Source of the DNA: Chiloscyllium plagiosum
Lineage: Eukaryota
Reading direction: 5' to 3'
NCBI RefSeq assembly: GCF_004010195.1
Contig: NC_057716.1
Span: 6,344,899 to 6,408,898 of the forward strand
DNA: 64,000 nt
The notes beneath the pieces were generated by a model. That model saw only the letters and a list, made by a program, of their open reading frames with translations. It did no database searches and was not told the DNA's origin. Of this stretch, positions 51,047 through 63,646 are shown piece by piece (the first letter of the stretch is position 1; each line of letters begins with the position of its first letter). The position numbers and the translations under genes were made by a program.

Positions 51047-51305
51047 GTAGTCTTCAGAAAGTAAAATCCTGAGCAAGAAAATGTTTGTGAAATTCCGACC
51101 CAATGGATTCCAAAGTGGACTGCTGTTTTTAAGTTAAATGCAGTTAGAAAGCCAAATTCAATACTTTCTCTTGTACTTTCTTCCTTATCTATGAATTTGT
51201 AGTGAGCGTGGATGCATTATAAGCTCTGACAGTACAGGTATGGGATTTCTGTTGGAGCACTGTTCACAAACATTAATTTGTGGATAATTTTCATTTTCAT
51301 TTCAG

Positions 51306-51395
51306 AATGGTGACATCCACCCAGTTAATGTAAAAGTTGGTGAAACTGTTCTACTCCCAGAATATGGAGGGACTAAAGTTGTCTTGGATGATAAG
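51306..51395 (+). CDS. HSPE1: HSP10 exon 3 (NGDIHPVNVKVGETVLLPEYGGTKVVLDDK)
   Basis: 90 nt, cag|AAT and AAG|gttggc. Confidence 0.97.
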
Positions 51396-51477
51396 GTTGG
51401 CACTACTATGTTAGTAATTCTTTTGAATGAGTTTAGATGTTCTTTTCTCTCTTGATGATTTTTTTTTTCTTCCTTAG

Positions 51478-51528
51478 GATTACTACTTGTTTAGAGATGG
51501 AGATATCCTTGGAAAATATACAGCATGA
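51478..51528 (+). CDS. HSPE1: HSP10 exon 4 (DYYLFRDGDILGKYTA*)
   Basis: tag|GAT acceptor. Total CDS is 309 nt (102 aa). Confidence 0.96.
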   Translation, partial: DYYLFRDGDILGKYTA

Positions 51529-51626
51529 ATATTGGATGTTGCTTTCAGTTTTAAGAAACTGGCCATTCCATGAAGTTGCTGTCTTTTTGTCTCAGCCTGT
51601 ATATACCATTTTTGGAGCTTTGGTAC

Positions 51627-51632
51627 AATAAA
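51627..51632 (+). terminator. HSPE1 poly(A) signal
   Basis: AATAAA about 100 nt after the stop, followed by a U/GU-rich tract (about 51652-51670). Confidence 0.75.
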
Positions 51633-52864
51633 ATCAATGTTAAACATACAACTTTCTGTTTTACTGTGATTGATCTCATTGATAATTTACTTGAATTTTT
51701 AATTAATAAATATAAAATTATGAATATAAACTAGTGAACTTGTTGCAGAAGTGATTCATTTTGCTTTGAAAACCAACTTTTTTGAAAGGTTGGTAGTAAA
51801 ATTACTTGGTAAATATGCCATGGACATTTGTAAAATGCTACAAAGATAGTTACTGTGTCTTCAGTAACTTGTAGAAATACTAGTTCACTTTTGCATAAAA
51901 TGCAAACTTAAATATTTCAGTACATTCTAAGGGAGGAGTTTTCTTTATCATAAAGCTTATATTATTCAGTTTTAAAATCCTCATTCTGTAATGCCCATCT
52001 AAGACGACCTTAAATATAAGATATTCCTTACATCCCTCAGCCTTGACATGTCATCAAAAACGCCAACAATTGCAATCTCAAATTGCTATTTCCCCTCCTA
52101 TTCTCAATCTTGTTTAAAGGCAGTCCTTTGTGTTGTCTTGTGATCTGTTTCTATCATTTCAAATTACATATGAGAACATCTGTTTGCTGCTTTTACTAAT
52201 TGCTCCCAGCTCCCTTCCACCCTTGTTTCCTTCTAGGGATGATGTGGAGGTGCCAATGTTGGACTGGGTGGACAAAGTTTAAAAAGGTGCTTTAAGAAAA
52301 ATAGGACACCAAGTTACATGAGATTAAATGAATAATCGAACAAAGAGGAAAGTTTTGAAGAGTGTCTCAAAGAAGGAAAGTGAGGTGAAGAGGTGTAGTG
52401 CATTTACCTTTTTGGACATGTTCATGACATGTCTGGAGCAGATGGGACTTGAAGCCAGGTCTGTGGGACCAGAGATAGGGGCACTACTACAACAGCCCTT
52501 GGTGAATTCAAATTTCGCCAACTGTTACGGTGGAATTTCCCAGAAAATTAACTCCGTGGTCTGGATTACTTGTCCAATGATATCACTGCTGCTTACCTGC
52601 TACTTACATCTTAACTTGCATTAAGTCCTGTCCCTGTATTACTGTGCTCACTAACTGGATGATAGATAATCAGTCTGCTAATATAGCAACAATTTAAGTG
52701 TGTTAATAGAGCTGGGTATGTCATGGTACATGTAAAGAAAAATGCTTTGGCTTTAGTTGGTATAAAGATCATGAGAAATGAGAGGTGGGGTTGTCGAAGA
52801 TAGATCCTAGAAAAAAACGAGAGATAATGTTAGAGCAGGAAGAGAAGCCATTTCAAATGATAAC

Positions 52865-53090
52865 CAAAACCAGAAATTGCTGAAAAAAAACTAGGCAAGT
52901 CTCTCTGTGGAGAGAGAGTTAACATTTCAGCTTCATTGACCCATATTCTGAACTCTTTTCAGTTCAACTGAAGGGTCACTGGATACAAAGTTAACTGCTT
53001 TCTCTCCACAGATGCCACATCTGATGAGTTTTTTCAGCAATTTCTGGTTTTGTTTCTGATTTTCAGAATCTGCAGTTCTTCCGGTTTTCC
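52865..53090. mobile_element. Older palindromic Penelope-derived element
   Basis: Inverted ends aaaaccagaaattgctgaaaaa / tttttcagcaatttctggtttt; inner ctgtggagaga / tctctccacag; hammerhead remnant gaagggtcactgga. Confidence 0.65.
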
Positions 53091-55579
53091 ATTTCAAATG
53101 ATTCTCTGGTTATATTCAGATACTAATTTGAATAATTAGAGAACAGTTTCAGGCTGCTGTATGGCAGAGGTGTTAGAGGAGTGTGATGTCGGAAGTTGCA
53201 GAAGGGGTGGAAACCTAATTGGAGCAATCAAAATATTTGGAATAAATTTGACAATACCTTCAAGGACTTCAGAAGGAAATCAGGTTGGAGATGAATTGAT
53301 AATTGGCAAGAAAGTTTTTGAAAAGAGGTGTAATTTAAAGGAGAAAGGGACAACACCTGAAGAGAGAGAGAACCGATATTCATAATATTAGCTAACAGCA
53401 GTATTAGAATGTTCAATTGAACAGGAGGTAAAACTCATGGACAAAATGAACTCCGTTGAGGGCACTAGGAGACATGGCAGAAAATAGAAAATATAAGAGT
53501 TCAGGACTAGGGCAAAGGGGAGCATTAAAGGAAGCTTGGGCAGGTGGGCTAGTGGAAGTGGGTACCACTGTAGAACAAGCTGGTTAGATTGTCTCAAAGA
53601 TTATTACTATACTTCTCGTTCAAAGTGAAGGTAGGAGAGGACAAGGAAGAGGGGCTTAAGACAGTTTGCAGTCAGAAAAGAAACTGAAATCTGTCTTAGC
53701 TTCTCAGAATGATCCAGGAATACTGACAAAGTTTAACAGGCAAGTGCAGGACCAGTAGTGTTAAAGTGATCCAACTAGATCTGGAAATTATGGCTAAACC
53801 AATTATCTGCTGTTTTAGTGGTGTCTCTTGGATTTACAGATGTGGGCCATTTTGAGGGACCAGCCATGTGAAAGAGCAAATGGTTTACCAGTGACTTGGG
53901 CATCAAAGGTGGGGATGATTGTGCAGTTGAGTTAAATCAGTAGTTCCAGAAATGTTAATGGAGAGCCAAAGGCTTGATGTTTCAGATTTTGAAATTGCAG
54001 TTGTAGGTGAATTGGAAGATAGATTTTTCCAAATACAAATATGGAAGGAGGTTGGTTTTGAGGTATGGAGGGGATGTGAATGTTGAGTGTAAGGAAGTGA
54101 TCAGAGATAGCCTATCTGTAATTGATATGATAGGACTAGCAGGACCACATGAAATAACAAGGTCAAGGGAGTGACCATCAAACTGGGTTAAAGAGTGTCA
54201 CTTGGAAGGAGTGTGTATAAAAGGGCAGTAAACATTAGAGGAGAGAGAACATGATAAGTTCTAATGGACAATAACTGAATGAACATGGATTTCGCTACTA
54301 TCTGTCCTTGCCCTCAGCAACCAAATCAAGTTTAACCATTCATTATCTATGATATGTAGTCCACAACCCTGCAAATGTCAAGACCACCTGTTTCATAATG
54401 GTTGGTGAGGCAATGACTGCAGAATTCACACCTTCTCTCTACACTTGTGTCCTCTCTTCTGCGCCAAGAGAAAGCTGAAAGTGTGTGAGAGAAGTGGGAC
54501 ATGTGGAGAAGTTGAAATTATTGAATTGAATGAGACATGTTAATGAGTGTAAGCATGAATTTTGACTGCTCAGATGGTAAAGTGAGAAGCTGCCTCAAGA
54601 GACAGGTATAAGAGGAGCTCTGAGCCACGTTGATGTATGCAGGAGAATGGCTTGGGAAGTCAGAATATGGGAGTTGGTAACTGGAAATGTTATTCCATTC
54701 ATCATGTGTTCAATGTGGAATGTGTTCAGTAATAGGGATCACACTGCTGTTGCTCACTACTTCATTGAACTCCAGTCACAGTTACTCAGTTTGATTGACA
54801 GCTCTCTTCTTCTCATCTGCCGATGAATAAGGATCATTATCACATCCACACTCTACTATTGGCTGGAAAACCTGGAAGATAGATGCAAAGAAGTACCTGT
54901 ACTTCCAAATATTAACCTGAAAATTCCATTTTCCTACTTTGAACAAAATACTTTATTCTAATTTAGTGTAATATTCCATATTATTTTTCCCATTACCATA
55001 AATCTTAAGATGCCTGTTCCAGAGGGAAAAGGCCAAATTTCTTCTTAAAGCTGACAGCCTTTTTCAAAGAAAACTAAATACTTCCATCTATGTACGCATG
55101 CTGACCACAATTTGAATCCCTGGAAACAAGAAGTACTCTATCACTTCAACTCTCCAACTCACCTTCCTTTTCATTAGTGTAATCTAACAGTAAAAGAAAA
55201 TATCAAATATCCTCATTCTTATTAATATTCACCTGTACTGTGATCTGTACTGCACCTGAACTATTTGTGAACTATAATAATGGCATAATTGATGGAACTG
55301 ACTGTAGCATATCCCAGCTTGCTGGGAAAATAAGCAATGAGGAGAATACAAAGAGGCTGCTGCAGCATGCAGATAGATTGGATAAGTAGTGAAGAACATG
55401 GCGAAGAGAATAAGTGTAGTGAAATGTGAAGTTATTCACTGTGGGAGGAAACATTAAATTATAATTTTTATTGAACAGAGAGAAACTGGGAAACAGTTGC
55501 ATTTAGAGGTACCTGGATCTCTTTGTATATGAATCATATAACTAACATGTAGATATAGTGAGCACTTAAAAGTTTTTAA

Positions 55580-56030
55580 AATTCATTAGTGGGATGTGGG
55601 CATCACTGGCTGGCCAACATTTATTGCCTGTCCCTAGTTGCCTTTGTGAATGTGGTGGTGAGCTGCCTTCTTGAACTGCCACAGTCCACCTGCTGTGGGT
55701 TGACTCACAATGCCATTAAGGATGGAATTCCATGATTTTGACCCAGTGACCGTGAAGGTATAGCGATATATTTCCAAGTCAGGATGGTGAGTCGCTTGGT
55801 GGGGAACTTGTGAAGGTGGTAGTGCTCCCATGCATCTGCTGCCCTTGTCCTTCTAGATGGAAGTGATGGTGTATTTGGAAGATGTAGTCTGGGGATCTTT
55901 GGTGAATTTCTGTAGTACATCTTGTAGGTAGGTCATACTACTGCTACTGAGCATTGGTGGTGCAAAGGGCTTGTGGATGTAGTGCTAATCAAGTGGTCTG
56001 CTTTGTCCTGCATGGAGTCAAGTGTTTAGA
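55580..56030 (-). mobile_element. CR1/L2-clade LINE 3' end, nested in an older CR1 (about 55270-56370)
   Basis: The tail attcattagtgggatgtgggcatcactggc belongs to the same family as 17845 and 62030-62750. Confidence 0.75.
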
Positions 56031-57011
56031 GTTTGTTGGAGGCTGAGAGTGCTTCCCCAGGTTGAGAAATCTAGAACACGGAGGCACAGTCTCAAAATTA
56101 AAGTTTACCCATTTAGGATTAAGATGAGGAAAAAATGTTATTGCTCAGAGAGTTGTGAATCTGTAAATCTCTAGCACAGAAGGCTTTGGAAGATCCATCA
56201 TCATGTACGCTCAAGATTAATAGGCCAATAGGTTCCTGGGTACTAACGCAATGAAGGATTATGGGGACAGTGGAGGAAAGTTGAATTGGGCTTGAAAATC
56301 TCCCATGATCTTGTTGAATAGTTGAGCAGGTTTAAAGGATAAAATGGCCTTCTCCAGCTCCTAGAGATTGGTTTAACTGTAAACATTGTTTGAATGACAG
56401 GCTGCTGAAATTACTGATAACAGCACATCACAAGAAAAGGATCAATCACCTTGGAGCTGAGTGAATTGAGCACAGAAAGACACATCTCTTTAACCAATCA
56501 GATTGAAGAACTGAAATAAACAGCAGAAGGAATGAGAAGGAAGTATAGAACATGCAAATCAAGGACAAATTGGGAAGAGAAAGACAAAAGGACAGAAAGG
56601 AATGCATTTTTCTAACTTTTGAATCTCAAATAATTAATATCTTAAGGATTGAGATAGTATGAGCTAATTTTCAGTGCCATAGAGTTATCAATAATTTACA
56701 CTTATTAAAAAGATAAGTTGTTGTTAAAAAGATACTTGCATATAATAAACAAGAATTGGCATTCTGTGACAAACACAGTACATAACTACTGTGCAACTAA
56801 ATTCACCTTGTGACATTCAGTTGTTAGGGAAGTAGCAAAATATTATTCTTGCAAAGATAATAGTAGAGTGGTGCAGCTCAGAAAGAAAGTTCTGGACGTG
56901 GTTTTAATAGTAAATCTTTCAGCCCAAAGTGGTTTGTATGATTTATGCATAAAGCTTCAATGTTAATTTGTATGTTCCAATTTAGTAGCCTCTTGCAGTT
57001 CAATCTAATTC

Positions 57012-57520
57012 ATAGAATCATAATCATAGAGTCATAAAGCACGGGAACAGACCCTTTGGTCCAACTAGTCCATGCCGACTATGTTCCCAAATTAAATTTG
57101 TTCCACTTGCTGGCATACAGCCAATATTCCTCCAAACCTTCCCTCTTATCCAAATGTCTTTTAAACGTTATAAATGTACCTACATCCACCACTTCTTCTG
57201 GCAGTTGATTCCACATACTAACAACTCTCTCTAAAAAGGTTGCTCGTCTTTTCTCCTTGCACCTTAAAAATATGCCCCCTACATTTGATCCCCCACCACC
57301 TCAGGGAAAAGACCTTTGCTATTCACCTTATTTATGCCCTTCATGATTGTACAAAGCCTCTAAATCACCCTCAACATCCTAAGTTCCAGTGAAAAAAACG
57401 TCCCACCTATCCAGCCTATTTTTATAACTCAAATTCTCCATTCCTGGCAACATCCTGGTAAATCTTTTCTGAACCCTCTCCAGTTTAATAATATCCTTCC
57501 TATAACAAAGTGACCCCAGA
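57012..57520 (-). mobile_element. CR1 3' fragment
   Basis: It encodes YRKDIIKLERVQKRFTRMLPGMENLSY and has a (tatga)n-type tail. Confidence 0.85.
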
Positions 57521-57720
57521 ATTTCATAAAGTACAACAGAATAGGTCTCACCAATGACTTGTAAAACCTCGACATGACGATCAAGATCCCTTTGTAATCT
57601 TAGATGTTGGATGTGTATATCCATGGATGAAGGATGCATGCAGTTAGTTCCAGATGATTGTACCTTGAAATGCTGTTTGGTGATGAGCAACATGGAGGCT
57701 GTTTGCAACCAGTAGTGCTC

Positions 57721-58118
57721 TGATTAGATTAGATTCCCTACAGTGTGGAAACAGGCCCTTTGGCCCAACCAGTCCACGCCAACCCTCCGAAGAGTAATCC
57801 ACCTAGACCCATTTCCCTCTGACTAATGCACCTAACACTATGGACAATTTAGCATGGCCAATTCACCTGACCCACACATAGTCATAGAGATGTACAGAAT
57901 GGAAACAGACCATTCGGTCCAACCCATCCATGCCGACAAGATATCCCAACCTAATCTAGTCCCACTTTGGACTGTGAGAGGAAACTAGAACACCCGGAGG
58001 AAACCCACACAGACACAGGGAGAATGTGCAAATTCCACACAGTCGCCATGGGCTGGAACTGAACCTGGGACCCTGGTGCTATGAGGCAGCAGTGCTAACC
58101 ACTGAGCCACTGTGCCGC
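57721..58118 (-). mobile_element. HE1-type V-SINE with a nested CR1 tail of about 87 bp (57880-57966)
   Basis: Full SINE on the minus strand, interrupted at cacat|...|tttggactgtg by agtcatagagatgtacag...tagtcccac. Confidence 0.85.
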
Positions 58119-60124
58119 TCTGATGTCCACATCAAGAATTTTCAACGACTCAATTGTTCAGTACTTTTTCTAAATTAGGAAACTGAATATTAATGAACTA
58201 AGATGTGCTTTTAAGAAGGCATTTGACAAGCTTTAATCCCCCTTAATTGGCATCATGCCACTGTCTAGCAAGGAACTCTTCTTGCTGCCTTGTAAATGCG
58301 TAAAAGATACAGCGAGACGTTGCTGATGTTGAGACAGGCCTTATGGAACTTCATACAAATTTCAGCTACATATCTCACCATAGCCTAAGTTGTTCAAGTC
58401 CCTGAAATACTCTGCTAATTAACTCTATTTCTCTCTGAGTGTTTCCAGCTCTTTTTGATTTTTATTTCAGAAGTCGAGTCTTTGTGTTGTATTATTTCTA
58501 TGCTTGCAGTGTGAATGAAAATATAAATTGTCTTGAAATTATTCAGAAACATTAGCACATATATATTCAATATTATTTTGTGGACTTCTGTTTTCTTTAA
58601 TGTAGTAATTGTAAAAGGTATGTTGAGTAGTACCTATTCATTGCAATATTTCACATGACTTTATGGAGTTCTAATTTTTGTTCTTTATTACTTCTATTTG
58701 AAGATTTAAACAAGTGTCAAATATTTATTTGGACCTATTATACATTTTTGCAGCTTTGAATATGCAAACAGAGCACACTATAAAATTATAACATGGAAAA
58801 CAACGAGTTACATTAAGAAATACTACAGCAGGGCAAATAATACAACCTCAAGCTCATTACTATAGCATATAATAAAAAAAACTTCAGATAATGTTTAGAA
58901 TACATGGACCTAATAACTTGAGTAATAACACTATAATTTTGCTCATCAACTGCAAAGTGATTTTTCCATTTAATACTTTTGACAATCAATTGTGAGGATG
59001 TCACTCTGCAGCGATGAGATCAAATTCCTTATTGAGCCTAAGTACTGCAGTGTATTATTGTAATTCCATTAAAACCATAATGCATATATATTCAAAATAG
59101 TGTCAGGCTGTGATTTCATTTTCAGGATTTTGATCATATCATCCGAATGCTTTATCAGCTTTATCACTTGTTCCCAACTACCCGTAATTTATATGGTATT
59201 AATACATAGTAACTCTTTAAGACCAGACAAATAACACACAATCAAATGTTTCGAAAACATCTACTTTCTTGCTTTACAGTCTTTCAACAAACAAACTGAT
59301 TGGCACTAATATCCGTAAGACCCATTTAACCATGTTTCTAAAGAGGAACAGCTAAAAACTGACAACAATTTAACAGTGCTAATTAACATTTTCTGAGTAC
59401 ATGTACATACCTAAAACAACTAAAAATGATTGCAAGGAGTTTTAAAAACATTACAAAAGATTTTTTCAAAAATTACTTACGTCAGAACATAATGGTAAAT
59501 TTCTCCATTTGTGTGTCTTCTACCTGGCCTTATGTAAAGTTGCCACACAGCGATTGTCAGTCAGCCTGTGGCCAACCTATATTCCCAATATTTCCATCCG
59601 TACTTAGAAGATGACTCAGTTAGGGTACATAGGCAGTTAGGTCTGAAAATTTCAAGGGGTCTATCAAAAAATCACCTTGTCACAATGAAAGCAAATTTAG
59701 AAAAAAAATTAAAACAAGTAAGCCAGTTCTGAACATGACCTTCTTTCAACTTAAATAATTGCTGTAAACTCTATCTTCCAGCTGGTTTTATTGGCCAATT
59801 TCCAACTCATTGAGGATTTCCAGGGGAAGTATGTTAGCCACATAGTCTGTCACCCTTCCCTTGAGGAGCTGCTGGAGAAGATGATTTACCAGGACTCCTG
59901 GCCATTCAAAGTTGTGGGAACAGACTTCTGTTAAGGTGTTCCTGAGGATCAGATTGGTTAGATTTACAAGTCACTTTGGGCTGAATTTTACCACATGCTT
60001 TAGAACGCCAAAAGGTCAGGACATGAGCACTGGTTTGGGTAATTTTACTATGGATGGCCTCTTAATTAGCCATCTATAGGTTTATCATCTGATTTGGAAC
60101 AGCAGGGAGGCTCTTGACGCTAGG

Positions 60125-60372
60125 CAGAAGTGGGTACTGCAGACCTGGAGAGTACAGTCAAGATTAGAGTGGTGCTTGAAATGCACAGCAGGTCTGGCAG
60201 CATCCGAGGAGCGGGAAAAATCGACGTTTCGGGCAAAAGCCCTTCATCAGGAATGAGGTGGGAGCCTCGGGGATGATGAGATAAGTGGGAGGGGCTGGGG
60301 CTGGGGAGGAGGTAGCTGAGAGTGCAAGAGATGGATGGAGGTGGGGGTGAAGGTGATAGGTCGGAGAGGAGA
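60125..60372 (-). mobile_element. Penelope-like element 3' end with an intact minimal hammerhead core
   Basis: The minus strand has a pyrimidine-rich 3' UTR, then CTGATGA-A-GGGC-TTTT-GCCC-GAAA-CGTC (60223-60250) and the family terminus. Layout is the same as 14619-14800. Confidence 0.85.
60223..60250 (-). ncRNA. Minimal (type I, Penelope-associated) hammerhead ribozyme motif
   Basis: CUGAUGA box, 4-bp helix II, GAAA box, palindromic ACGU in place of helix III, and a GUC cleavage triplet. Helix I is only weakly paired and activity is not shown. Confidence 0.7.
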
Positions 60373-62029
60373 TGCCCCTCCTGCCTTTACTGCTCACAGC
60401 CTCCTCTCTGAGCCACAGGGCCTCTGGCTCAACTGCCCCTTTCTTGCAGTTGCTGTAGCAGATCCATCTACATTAAACATGTGGCCTTTGGGAAAACATA
60501 TCAACTCCCAGGAGCAGTATTTCATTGGGGAGCCATTCTGACATGGCTATCTGTAATTTAATAGATCCTACACCTGTGTCCCAGCCCTCCAGCTGGGAGC
60601 TAGTAAAACTTGGAACTTAGTCATCCAAATCTCACAGAGAGAAAGCAGTGAGGATCAGCGATCTCAGGGTATAAGTGGAAAACAGAGGGAGATCTTGGCG
60701 AAATTCAAGTGAATCTGTAATATGCTGAGGAAAATGTTTCAGCTGCAGAAACAAATGTAACAAAAATAGATGCTGTCATTTCTTAGGGTAGGTTTTGTAA
60801 TATTGTCAATTACAGAGAAACCTAATACATTTGCAAAATAACTAATGCTTCATCGGTGTCTTAGAAAGATCATTTTATCTATTTTGGGACAGCATGGTTA
60901 CCGTAACAAAACTAATCTTCTCTTGCACAATCCGCACAATCACAGGAATACTCATCCTCAGTAACAATGGCTTGCATTTATACAGCACCTTTAAAATGTC
61001 GAAGGTGCAGCACATTAGTGGTATCAAACAAAATTTAACATCAAATCATATAAGGAGATATTGATAATTAATCAAAATGGTTGGTATTAAGGAGCAATTT
61101 AAGGGAAGAGAGAAGGCTAAAGGGTTGGACAGGCTCAGAGAAGGAATTCCAGAGCTTTGGGACTAACCAGCCAAAGTTATGGAAATCATGGTGAAGTGCT
61201 GAGAATCCGGCATGTGCAAGAAGCTAGAATTGGAGACGTGCAAAGACCTCGCAGATTGTAGGGACTGGAGGAAGCTAAAGATATATGGTTGGTGCGGATG
61301 GAAGCGGATACAGCAAAGGGAGGTCCCAGACAAATCTGAAAAAACCTCAATAAAAAGAAGTAATATTAGGCAATTAAAACAAAATTGATAAATTCATATG
61401 TATAATTTGGAACTAACGTTTATACAAAAATATTTGCATTAAGGGGATCTATAGGTTGTTTTACTACCATTGGAGGGGGCCTTCATAAGCAAAACAGATT
61501 TGCGAACCCTGATTGATCTAAGAACACTTTTCAATTATTATTCTAAAAAGTTAGTTAACTGGTGGAAATGCAACAAGAGGATGGCTCCTACTTAAGCGTC
61601 ATGTAATTAGTTCTGATGTGGTACTAAACCATGTGGTATATCCAGAAATGACAATGAAATGATTGCCCTAGCCAATGCAATGAATCAATTTCTTTCTTTA
61701 AATTAGATTATGATTATGAAACATTGTGTGGAATCATGAGTGAAAAGTTCCTTTGTAATCCAAAATGAGGGCATGATATAGTCGAGTACCTGAAATGAAA
61801 TTGTACTCTGTGCATAAGTTGATACAATAGTGCATCATTCCTTTCTATCATGATTTATTCTCTTGATGAGCTGAAGAAATAAATATGATAATTGAGAGAA
61901 TTTTGTATTGATCCCACTACCAGACTGATTCTCATTAAATAACTTTCAGTGTATTATTACAAATTAACAATCCCAACAATAAGTTTAGCTTCAGTGTTTA
62001 GTTTCATTTGCAACTCCTCCACAATGAAA

Positions 62030-62750
62030 GTCTATGCCTGAATTCGAGAAGACCTGGGCAATATTTACACTCGTCCTGCTAAGTGGAAAGTAACATCTGT
62101 GCCAGACAATGGCCATTTTCAACAAGACGAAGTCTTAACCACCTTCCCTGGAGATTCACTGGCATCATTACTATCAAAACTCCACTTCGGAGTCACCATT
62201 CACCAGAAACCAAAATGGACCAGCCACATAAATACTATGGCTGCTGGACTAACTTACTCTCTGGTTGTTTTTAAATACGCTTTCCATCAAGAACAAAACA
62301 GGAATGCTATGAAATATTCTACTTTTCCCGAATGAATGCAGTTACAAAAATATTCAAGCAGCTCGGCTCTATCTGGGACAAAGCAGTCAATGAGGTTGGT
62401 AATGCCTTCATAACATGTACATCATGCTTGCAGTTACACTGCAGCAACTCCCCAAGGATACTTTGAGACTTTCCAAATCTGTGATCTTTAGCATTTAGAA
62501 GGATAAAAGTAATAGGCACCCGTGAACAAGTATCAACTGTAAGACCACAATGACTCAGAAATTTACTGCTTTTTTTTCACTATTGTCAGGTCAACGTCCT
62601 GGAATTCTCTACAAAAAAAATCAATGAGAAGACTTTCATCACCTGTCCTGCAGCAGTTCAAGAAGCCAACAAGCCATCATCTTCTCTAGGCTAATTACGG
62701 TTGGCCTATAAGCACTGGCAGTGCCTGTGATGTCCAAATCCCATAAAGAA
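62030..62750 (+). mobile_element. Decayed CR1/L2-clade LINE 3' part
   Basis: It parallels 26330-27630 (gtaacat..gcca..accagaaac..tggaccagccacataaatact) and has the family tail. Confidence 0.75.
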
Positions 62751-63397
62751 TGAAAATAGCTGATGCCAACGAAACAGATATAGTAGTTATATTTTCCTAC
62801 AGTTCAAGCAGGACAACTAACATTACTTTAGCTGAACATTCCTCAAGAATGATTCCTTTTAACCATGCAGAGATAGCAGTCTTCCAAGAGCTTTTCTTGA
62901 ACAAGTTGACTGCAAAGCATGATCCCAAGAGTATGCAAAGGAAAATGACAGGAAAGAAGTAACAACATGATTTTTAAAAAATTAGCACATAATCATACAA
63001 ATGGAAAAAATAAGAAAGATATTACTTGAAAAGTTAAAAGTAAATATAAATATCTGGATATGTTCTTTCCTATGAATGGCTTTCCTAAGTAAGTTCAAAG
63101 TAATTTTAAATCATCAGGTGAAGCTCTTTCTGATAGCAAATTGTAATCAACAGTTCTGCTTTGTTAAGGAAGCCTGGATCTGTTAGCATAAATCCTGAGA
63201 ACTGAAGTATTTGTTAATGCTTTTTTTTCCTGTAGGATTAGAGAAAAATTTTAACAACAGCACACTTTTGTACAGAACAAAATCAAAAGTCACAACTTTG
63301 CAAAGCCATTAGTTACTACCAATCAAGTTAAACTGTAGAAAATCTGCTTTTCTTTCTTTATACTGTTGTCTTCAATACGAAACTGAACTGTGCAATG

Positions 63398-63646
63398 TTA
63401 AATGCAGGTAACCTGAGGTGTTTCTTCCTCTTGATCCAGTTGCCCATCATCCAAGTCTTTGAAAACACTATCAGTACGATTCATGCCTGAAATGTCTCCA
63501 TATTGATGTGAGTTGGTCCCTGAAGTGGTACAAGAATCTTCAGGAGACTTTGTTTCTGAATGTTTATTTTTACCAGTGATCACACCCACATTTCTGTTCC
63601 AATTTTTGGTTCTTTCACTGACTTTTGTTTGCCGAGTAGATCTTTT
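63398..63646 (-). CDS. RFTN2: Raftlin-2 terminal exon (KRSTRQTK...DSVFKDLDDGQLDQEEETPQVTCI*); the gene continues right of the window
   Basis: The C-terminus resembles mammalian RFTN2 ...ELDDGQFDQEDGVTQVTCM (recalled). An acceptor cttacag|AAA follows an in-frame upstream stop. Minus orientation and position fit 2q33.1 synteny. Confidence 0.82.
   Translation of the reverse strand, partial: KRSTRQTKVSERTKNWNRNVGVITGKNKHSETKSPEDSCTTSGTNSHQYGDISGMNRTDSVFKDLDDGQLDQEEETPQVTCI

Noticed and set aside
59782-59934. Possible plus-strand exon (cag|LVLLANFQLIEDFQGKYV...) as a MOB4 remnant
   Set aside because: It shows no resemblance to MOB4 or any protein I recognise, and has no supporting neighbouring exons.
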